Source: an uncultured delta proteobacterium | GTDB lineage: Bacteria > Myxococcota > Kuafuiibacteriia > Kuafuiibacteriales > Kuafuiibacteriaceae | Direction: 5' to 3' | Assembly: GCA_963803435.1 (NCBI GenBank) | Contig: CAWDML010000001.1 | Span: 1,312,001-1,376,000, forward strand | DNA: 64,000 nucleotides | Shown here: in pieces, positions 63,944-64,000 of the stretch | Layout of the letters: each line of letters opens with the position of its first letter | Position numbering within the stretch: position 1 is the stretch's first letter | Notes under the pieces: model-generated | What the model was told of the DNA's origin: nothing | Databases searched by the model: none | Seen by the model: only the letters and a program-made list of their open reading frames with translations | Position numbers and translations under genes: made by a program

Positions 63944-64000
63944 GCCAGCGCCCCGTGTGGTTGAATCGCCAGCTCGAGGGTGAATCGAGCGCCCCGGCCA

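Overview
High-GC bacterial chromosomal window. The gene content points to Myxococcota (deltaproteobacterial lineage): membrane Ser/Thr kinases, an FHA-sigma54 activator, TIGR02996-LRR proteins, and Cys-rich lipoproteins with DAG-type linkers. About 60 genes are supported. Housekeeping genes: tldD-pmbA, gltA, a fragmented ATP synthase cluster (b', b, delta, alpha only), isolated nuoJ-nuoK, sixA, pepN, queA-tgt, a SpoIID/LytB protein, gdh and moeA. Signalling genes: two Ser/Thr kinases, a pseudokinase, a heme-c diguanylate cyclase, hybrid histidine kinases, and HDOD and HD response regulators. No rRNA, tRNA, CRISPR array or intact transposase was seen. Most notable: (1) a lipid-anchored dikinase with glucan-water-dikinase domain order, preceded by a sigma54 motif and divergent from an FHA-EBP/kinase/TPR/Kelch operon, with two more sigma54 motifs downstream; (2) an acyl-CoA-dehydrogenase-fold protein lacking the catalytic Glu, 2 bp upstream of a PAS hybrid kinase; (3) TANNNT boxes 6-11 nt before many start codons, suggesting leaderless transcription; (4) eight single-base frameshifts, all in or beside GATC, probably methylation-linked long-read errors rather than pseudogenes. 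All calls come from reading motifs by eye; no database searches were run.
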